Shown here one piece after another: positions 58,067-64,000 of a stretch of 64,000 nt of DNA. The translations under genes and the position numbers were made by a program. The notes beneath the pieces were generated by a model. The model did no database searches, had not been told where the DNA came from, and saw only the letters and a program-made list of their open reading frames with translations. The DNA lies in IMG/VR virus record IMGVR_UViG_3300037264_004862, positions 32,001 to 96,000 of that record. One strand, 5' to 3'. The stretch comes from a virus. Within the stretch, counting starts at the first letter, position 1. Each line of letters starts with the position of its first letter.

Positions 58067-59188
58067 ATGCAAACGGGTAAATTTAATTGTGTCGTTGATT
58101 CTGCTTGGGGCAGCTCTGCGAAGGGCGCGGCTTCAACTCGCCTTGTTGATATTTATAATGTTGGACATATATCGGCAAATAATTATCCAAATGCTGGCCA
58201 TACGGCAATTGTGAATGGTGAAAAGTTTATTGCCAAAGTGCTACCAACAGCTTCAATCTTATCTAAAATTAAAAGCCATAAATTGGGTGTATGGATTGGC
58301 CCAAACTCTGGGTTTGACCTAAAACAATTTAACTTAGAGCTCCAACAAACCATGTATGGCGCTAAAGATATTAATATCCATGAGCGCGCAACGATTGTAG
58401 AAGATCGCCATGTTATGATGGAAAGACCAGGGGGACTTCAATCAACTGAATACATATCATCAACGATGTCTGGATCCGGTGCTGCTTATACTGAGAAGGC
58501 TATGAGACGTCCAGATGTGAAACTAGCACGTGATGTTTTTAATACACTTAAGCCTTTTGAATTTATCAATAGAGTTCGTGAGAAATTAAATAGTGGTGAG
58601 ACTTTTTGTCATGAGGTTTCACAAGGGTTTGCATTATCAGTTAATCATGGCACCCATTATCCTTATTGCACGTTTAGAGACTGTACACCCCAACAGGCAG
58701 TAGCAGATTTTGGTATAACACCACAGTTAGTTGGTGATATATATCTCAATGTGAGGTCATTCCCAATACGAGTAGGCAATAATTATCGTGACGGTGTCCA
58801 GACTGGGTATTCTGGTGATTGTATGTCCGATCAAATTGAAATGACATGGGAACAAATTGGCAAAGAAGCTGAAATGCCTGGCCACGAAGTTGCTGTCTTG
58901 GCTGAAAAAGAGCGCACTACTGTGACTAAGAAGATTAGACGCACGTTTACTATGTCTTGGCAATTATTGCTAGAGTCAGCGATATTTTGTGGTGCCACCA
59001 AACAGATATTGAATTTCCCACAATATTTACATTGGTCGGCATATAAAGTACGTGGTGGACGTGAACAGCGTTCTAAACTACACCATAAAGTTAGGGCTTT
59101 TATCGATAAAATGGAAGAGGTTGCTCAAATTCCTGTTGTTATGGTTGGTACTGGCCCCAACCATGAAGACTATATATTTCTTGATTGA
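58067..59188 (+). CDS. purZ: PurZ-like adenylosuccinate synthetase homolog (putative 2-amino-deoxyadenylosuccinate synthetase)
   Basis: DSAWGSSAKG (Ser at PurA Asp13), PNAGHT, STMSGS, YPYCT.RDCTP, PIRVG, DQ.E.TWEQ.G, TTVTKKIRR, LNFPQY in place of the PurA TKLD box; AGGAGG RBS. Confidence 0.75.
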   Translation: MQTGKFNCVVDSAWGSSAKGAASTRLVDIYNVGHISANNYPNAGHTAIVNGEKFIAKVLPTASILSKIKSHKLGVWIGPNSGFDLKQFNLELQQTMYGAKDINIHERATIVEDRHVMMERPGGLQSTEYISSTMSGSGAAYTEKAMRRPDVKLARDVFNTLKPFEFINRVREKLNSGETFCHEVSQGFALSVNHGTHYPYCTFRDCTPQQAVADFGITPQLVGDIYLNVRSFPIRVGNNYRDGVQTGYSGDCMSDQIEMTWEQIGKEAEMPGHEVAVLAEKERTTVTKKIRRTFTMSWQLLLESAIFCGATKQILNFPQYLHWSAYKVRGGREQRSKLHHKVRAFIDKMEEVAQIPVVMVGTGPNHEDYIFLD

Positions 59189-59192
59189 TTTT

Positions 59193-59597
59193 ATGAAGAT
59201 GACAGTAGGTACTGGAGTTTATGCTGATTTCCCAACTATTAATGGAAACATTTATACTAAAGGCCTTATACAAAAGTTCATTAAGAATGACCAGCTTCAG
59301 CAATTATTGGCAGATGGCAAAATTGTAGGCGGAATTATGGATCCGACTTCTTGTAAACCAGTAGGTGACGTCATTACACATCGTGTTCTGAGTGTTGCTC
59401 TATACAATGATGAGATTGTAGTTGAGATTGACGTAATTAATCCAGAACCACTCAAACGCTTGAAATATCCTCAGGCCGCTATAGTTCTATCTAGCCCACA
59501 AGCGAGGCGTAATGGCCAAACATATACAGAGGAAAGCGATTTCCATCAAGTGAAAGCAGTGCATCTCCGTGAAAGCCCTGTTTTTAAGGGGTCATAA
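59193..59597 (+). CDS. Degenerate T4 gp21-like prohead protease homolog
   Basis: AD.P..NG.IY, GGIMDP, ITH.V pattern without GELxHP or SSRG; start re-set to 59193. Confidence 0.45.
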   Translation: MKMTVGTGVYADFPTINGNIYTKGLIQKFIKNDQLQQLLADGKIVGGIMDPTSCKPVGDVITHRVLSVALYNDEIVVEIDVINPEPLKRLKYPQAAIVLSSPQARRNGQTYTEESDFHQVKAVHLRESPVFKGS

Positions 59598-59803
59598 TGA
59601 ATATTAATGAGGCTGTGATTAGAATACGAAAGGCTGGTACGTCTAATGTCCGTGTTCTTCCTATGGACGATCAGTCTTTTACGGGGCTGCATAGAATCGA
59701 AATTCGGGACCAAGGTGCTTGGGTTATGGTTGTTGAAGGCCTTGAGAAAAATATGGCTGAAAACTTAGTACAGCAAGCTATCAAAAAGGTTATCTTAGGA
59801 TAG
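59597..59803 (+). CDS. Hypothetical protein
   Basis: 68-aa TAATG-coupled ORF. Confidence 0.6.
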   Translation: MNINEAVIRIRKAGTSNVRVLPMDDQSFTGLHRIEIRDQGAWVMVVEGLEKNMAENLVQQAIKKVILG

Positions 59804-59950
59804 TATGCCACGTCAAATGTTATCATAGTTAACATATTCACATAGTTTAATAATATTACTCCAAGCAAATCTACAATGAGGGTAGAAAAAACTCATGGTG
59901 GGTTTCCCTCAGGCAATTTTCACAACAGTGCCGCGAGGAGGTGTTTAACA

Positions 59951-60364
59951 ATGGCCAGTCAACCAGCGAATCCTACGATCTTGGTGCAGTACACCGTTCG
60001 CTCGTATCGCGATGGAGTGAGACACGATGCAGTGCTTGCATTGCTAGGTGGTGTCCTCGGTGGTGGTATGCGAGATCTGAAGATGTCCGTGCCTGGAGAC
60101 GAGGTACTCATGGATGAGACTCGTGAAGCTCTAGGTGCAGGAGAATCCGCTATCCTGAATACGTCCCTTACAGTGGGTCGTACGACAGGTCTCCCAGTGG
60201 TTCGTCACTTTAAGACCGTGACGACTGCGAAGGATGCAGTGGATAATGCAACGTTTGGCACAAATCTCGGAGTGCCGAAGCGTATTGGTAGAGACGTGTT
60301 CTTCTATAAGAATGACGCTAATCTCACCGCTGATCTTCATGCTCAGCTACGTGGCGTCCACTAA
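59951..60364 (+). CDS. Putative highly expressed structural protein
   Basis: GAGGAGG RBS before ATG 59951; own promoter-like motif, structured leader and terminator. Confidence 0.7.
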   Translation: MASQPANPTILVQYTVRSYRDGVRHDAVLALLGGVLGGGMRDLKMSVPGDEVLMDETREALGAGESAILNTSLTVGRTTGLPVVRHFKTVTTAKDAVDNATFGTNLGVPKRIGRDVFFYKNDANLTADLHAQLRGVH

Positions 60365-60385
60365 ATGACGTCGGAATAGGAACTA

Positions 60386-60421
60386 AAGACCCCCGGTAGT
60401 CGAAAGGTTACCGGGGGTCTT
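60386..60421 (+). terminator. Intrinsic terminator hairpin
   Basis: AAGACCCCCGGTAGTC-GAAA-GGTTACCGGGGGTCTT. Confidence 0.75.
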
Positions 60422-60517
60422 ATCATATCTGTAATCTAATCTTTTAACTTATGGCATTTATGTAATTGGTTTTTATATTGGATATACGTACTTAAAATGG
60501 GACTAATTGGAGGAACG

Positions 60518-61432
60518 ATGTCCGAAACACCAGAAATCATTTCACGCATTGTAGTACCTGAATTAGAAGCGATTCTTGGCCAATCTTTTCCAATTTTGGA
60601 TAATGGTTTTATTAGAGTTATAGACTATATGGGATCTGATGAATCAATAGTTCAAGCAGCTCGAGTTTCATACGGTAAAGGCACAAAGAAAGTCCATGAG
60701 GACGAAGGGCTTATTCGATATTTAATACGACACCACCATTCAACACCGATAGAGATGTGTGAAATTAAATTTCACATTAGAATACCGATGGACCATTGGC
60801 GACAGATGATCAGACATCGAACAGCTTCTGTTAATGAATATTCAACAAGATACAGTGAAGCAATTGATGATACTCAAAAAACATTGCCTGGCGAGTGGCG
60901 TATTCAAGCTATTGGTAATCGTCAAGGGAGTAACGGTCGGCTTGATAAATTTGTAGGTACTAAGTTATCAAATAGAGAATCTCGAATCCACAAACTTATT
61001 CGCAAAGAATATGAGCACCGTCTTGAGCTAGGTGTTGCTCGCGAGCAGGCTCGCAAAGATTTGCCTCTATCAACTTACACTGAAGCTTACTGGAAAATAG
61101 ATCTTCATAATCTTTTGCATTTCTTGGCGCTGAGAATGGATTCTCATGCCCAGCTTGAAATCAGAAGTTATGCAAACGTCATGGGAGAAATAATTAGTAA
61201 ATGGGTCCCCTATACTTGGCAAGCATTCCTAGATTATCGATATAATGCTATGAATTTATCTTCTAGAGATAAGGCTGTAATCAAAGCACTAAATCAAAGT
61301 GATTTTAACTATGCTGCCAAGGAGCTAGCGGAAAATTATGGGTGGCTCAAAGCAGGTAAACCGGCTAAAAACCGCGAACGTGAGGAATTTGAATCCAAGA
61401 TCTTAGATCTTGGAATGTCTGTACCTTGGTAA
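60518..61432 (+). CDS. thyX: FAD-dependent thymidylate synthase
   Basis: QAARVSY, H.TP.E, RHRTASVNEYSTRY, AREQAR, HAQLEIR. Confidence 0.95.
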   Translation: MSETPEIISRIVVPELEAILGQSFPILDNGFIRVIDYMGSDESIVQAARVSYGKGTKKVHEDEGLIRYLIRHHHSTPIEMCEIKFHIRIPMDHWRQMIRHRTASVNEYSTRYSEAIDDTQKTLPGEWRIQAIGNRQGSNGRLDKFVGTKLSNRESRIHKLIRKEYEHRLELGVAREQARKDLPLSTYTEAYWKIDLHNLLHFLALRMDSHAQLEIRSYANVMGEIISKWVPYTWQAFLDYRYNAMNLSSRDKAVIKALNQSDFNYAAKELAENYGWLKAGKPAKNREREEFESKILDLGMSVPW

Positions 61433-61450
61433 TGGTGGCAAATATATGGT

Positions 61451-62023
61451 ATGTTATACGCAAGTTCTACACGCAAACCAAATCAGATGGGGCCAGTCGC
61501 AGACAAACAGATACCTTTTATTGTGTATGCCAGCTATCCATCATCTGTTGTATCAACTGTCGGCTTTAGGCGTAGATTTGAAGTTTATCGCGACCTTGAA
61601 AAAGGTTCAATTATAGTAGAAGATGCGTTGTTAGACGCTGGTTTCAATATTGCTACCCCAATTGCTTTTACGCTTCAGGTGGCCCAACAGCCAGCTAGAT
61701 TCACTATTGTTGGCTTTGCTAGTGAAGGCGATTTGCTTGGTACGGCCGCCGGAGACCCAGTCGTCGATGAAGGTCTTCAACCTCAAACTTGGTTAATCCA
61801 CAGTGGTACCATCGATGGTGAAAAGACTGAAGTTAAGCAACCGGTTCAAGGCAATCAGTCTTGGGGTGATGATCCTACCTCTACAAATCGTAATTATGCT
61901 GCGACTTTGAAGTCTGCTCTTGAAGCATCTGCTCCGGGTCTTAATATCTTCTATATGGAAATCAATGGCGTTAAGTATGGACAGATCCCAAATCGCCATG
62001 GATTCCAGAGCTTTACTTCATAA
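61451..62023 (+). CDS. Hypothetical, probably structural, protein
   Basis: CAAATATA-tggt-ATG; 190 aa. Confidence 0.65.
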   Translation: MLYASSTRKPNQMGPVADKQIPFIVYASYPSSVVSTVGFRRRFEVYRDLEKGSIIVEDALLDAGFNIATPIAFTLQVAQQPARFTIVGFASEGDLLGTAAGDPVVDEGLQPQTWLIHSGTIDGEKTEVKQPVQGNQSWGDDPTSTNRNYAATLKSALEASAPGLNIFYMEINGVKYGQIPNRHGFQSFTS

Positions 62024-62059
62024 GTTGGCCTAGAGGGCTCTAAGATTGGCATCCTATTA

Positions 62060-62851
62060 ATGCATAAGTATGGTGTAGTCATAGGGACGTGTGGCTCTGC
62101 ACCAATAGTCGATCTTAATATCAATAATATCAAACATTTATTGGGTAATGTTCCTATATTAATAAATGACGATGCTAGTGGCACAGAGTTTTCTACAATT
62201 GCACGAAAACAGAAGTGTTCACTGCATGTTAATTCTAAACACTATGGCCATGTGATTGGTGATCTGACTGCTTTTGCTAATGGTCTAGAATGGGCAATCG
62301 ATAATAAAATAAAGATCTTAATTAAGGTCTCACGTAAGTTGCTTTTTAGGTGCGACATTCGAAAACATATAGAGAAAGTGGCTAAAGTTAATCCCAAATT
62401 TGAATGCATCTCGGCTAATTATTATAATTTCGGATATATAACTTCATTGTTTGTTATGCATACTGAACGATTTTCCCATAAGCATCTGGGCGCTATAAAG
62501 CAATCTATTAAAACTGAGACATATCCAATTGAGTATGAATCACATAAAAGAAGGTTAATAGTTGATGGGTTGTACACAAGACATACACAGAAAATGAATC
62601 AAGAGCTATATTTTAGACATTGTCTTAAAGTGAATCCAATATTATTAAACTGGTGGCAGCATAGGTTGTTTGTTTGGGGTGGTTTAAGGCATCTTAGTTT
62701 ACGTAATGAAACATTTACAAATTTGCCATACACATTTGAAAATTTAACAATGAAAGGCCAGTTTATGATACATCATAAGTCATTGGAAATATATAAGGCT
62801 TTAAGTGTTAAGTATGGGTTATCGTATTCAAAAAATGAGTTATCACTTTAG
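62060..62851 (+). CDS. GT2-like glycosyltransferase
   Basis: ILINDDAS, YGH..GD. Confidence 0.55.
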   Translation: MHKYGVVIGTCGSAPIVDLNINNIKHLLGNVPILINDDASGTEFSTIARKQKCSLHVNSKHYGHVIGDLTAFANGLEWAIDNKIKILIKVSRKLLFRCDIRKHIEKVAKVNPKFECISANYYNFGYITSLFVMHTERFSHKHLGAIKQSIKTETYPIEYESHKRRLIVDGLYTRHTQKMNQELYFRHCLKVNPILLNWWQHRLFVWGGLRHLSLRNETFTNLPYTFENLTMKGQFMIHHKSLEIYKALSVKYGLSYSKNELSL

Positions 62852-62884
62852 AGTGGTAAGTATAACCTAATACAAACATAATGT

Positions 62885-63676
62885 ATGGCCATTTTAGGTC
62901 CGGCTCAACTTCCTGTTATATTGAAAGTGGATTCAAATCCACTTAAGTTTCATGCAATAAGTCAGCTTGGTCACCCAGTAGTCAATGTTGAACTAATGGA
63001 ACCTCAAATGGAACAGGTACTTCGTTCTACAGGTGACTGGATAGCTCAATACTTTCCGCTTGAAGAAAAATATGCTTTTTTTATGACTCAACCGCTTCAA
63101 GCCGAATATCCAATTCCACCAGATGCTTATTGGATTAGAAAAGTGAGTTGGGATCCAGCTATTACGCGTATCGATAATATATTCGGTGCGGAAAGCTTTT
63201 TGTTTAACATTGGAAACATTTCAGGCATCCAAAACATGCTTGTTGATTACCATTTGTTGCAATCATATAGAAAATTTAGTCAGCGGATCTTGAGTAACGA
63301 AGGCCAATGGGAATTTAAAGTTGAGTCGGGCACAATTCGTCTGTTCCCAGTGCCAAAGGGTTCTTTCCCAGTTGTGGTTGAATATCTACCATCAGTTAAT
63401 GAGTTCAAATCTGCACAAGCTCGAGAGGTAACATATCGTGCATTTTTGGCTCAAATGAAAATTGCATTAGGCCATGCGCGTAGAAAATTTGCCAATATTC
63501 CTGGACCAGATGGTAGTGCCATCAATTTCGATGGTGATGCACTGGTCAATGAAGGTACTGAAGCATATATAAAAGCCCAAGAAGATGCAATATTACTCGG
63601 AGAACCTCTTGGAATCCACGTTTGGAATTGGTTATTACCACTTATTATACCATTTCTTGGTTCATCGATTCTATAA
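62885..63676 (+). CDS. Neck/head-tail adaptor protein (T4 gp13-like)
   Basis: LK....QLGHPVVNVEL...Q, IRLFPVP, LG.ARRKF..IPGP.G.INFDG..L..EG. Confidence 0.7.
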   Translation: MAILGPAQLPVILKVDSNPLKFHAISQLGHPVVNVELMEPQMEQVLRSTGDWIAQYFPLEEKYAFFMTQPLQAEYPIPPDAYWIRKVSWDPAITRIDNIFGAESFLFNIGNISGIQNMLVDYHLLQSYRKFSQRILSNEGQWEFKVESGTIRLFPVPKGSFPVVVEYLPSVNEFKSAQAREVTYRAFLAQMKIALGHARRKFANIPGPDGSAINFDGDALVNEGTEAYIKAQEDAILLGEPLGIHVWNWLLPLIIPFLGSSIL

Positions 63677-63753
63677 AAGTCATTATTGGTGGTAAGAATG
63701 CTGTAAGGCTTGAAGACATCTCGCATTTGTTATAACTCAAATATATTACGTCA

Positions 63754-64000
63754 ATGATAACTATTGCTAATAAATTGGCAGTAAGAGCCGGTAATATCAT
63801 ATCCATACCTGGATGTGAACCACTTAGTGGATTTAGCTCCAATACTCTTGCAGCCAATATGAGCTGCAAGTCATCGGTTATTACGCTTGGGGCAGCCCTT
63901 GAGGCAATTCCAGGCTCTACAGTTGAAATGAGTTTTAATCCTAAGATGTTTTATTTCGTACTGCCTGAAGGTCCTCCTACAGTATTCGGTTGCAATACTT
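63754..64000 (+). CDS. Partial ORF running off the window
   Basis: MITIANKLAVRAGNIISIPGCEPL... open to the end; CAAATATA 8 nt upstream. Confidence 0.5.
   Translation, partial: MITIANKLAVRAGNIISIPGCEPLSGFSSNTLAANMSCKSSVITLGAALEAIPGSTVEMSFNPKMFYFVLPEGPPTVFGCNT

Noticed and set aside
58067-59188. Ordinary purA auxiliary gene pairing with purB for AMP synthesis
   Set aside because: Lacks GDEGKG and the TKLD GTP box and shows PurZ-type substitutions; less likely but not excluded without an assay
3175-63869. Many short ORFs antisense to or nested within long genes (e.g. 3175..3528, 20653..21057, 41205..41819, 53877..54293)
   Set aside because: Shadow frames of well-supported genes, with no motifs or RBS
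1-64000. Stop-codon reassignment
   Set aside because: Conserved genes are full length in code 11, and TAA, TAG and TGA all serve as stops

Overview
AT-rich, gene-dense fragment of a large (jumbo/huge-type) tailed dsDNA phage, read in genetic code 11. I see no rRNA, tRNA or CRISPR array. Genes run mostly on the - strand from ~6 to 35 kb and mostly on the + strand after ~35.8 kb. The - strand block is a replication/recombination module: 5'-3' exonuclease, gp32-like SSB, UvsY-like protein, minimal family A polymerase, DnaB/gp41-like helicase, RecA, family 4 UDG, a split DnaE, an RNase H-like protein and GroES. The + strand block holds putative virion proteins, an actin-fold ATPase, a Ser-rich fibre followed by a glycosyltransferase cluster, SbcCD/gp46-47, two sigma-like factors, nucleotide metabolism genes and a neck protein. 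The top candidate system is a PurZ-type aminodeoxyadenylosuccinate synthetase (not canonical PurA) plus a phage-encoded PurB, suggesting 2-aminoadenine (Z) DNA synthesis in a jumbo phage. An NDT-family nucleotide glycosidase, a DeoC-like protein and a DEDDh exonuclease lie next to purZ, while datZ/mazZ are not seen in this window. Other unexplained structure includes five divergent paralogs sharing an FHxDDxF motif, a ~330-nt multi-hairpin element at the strand switch, and a YAAAYATA-N4-start motif implying leaderless late transcripts. All product calls come from motif recognition by eye; no database searches were run.
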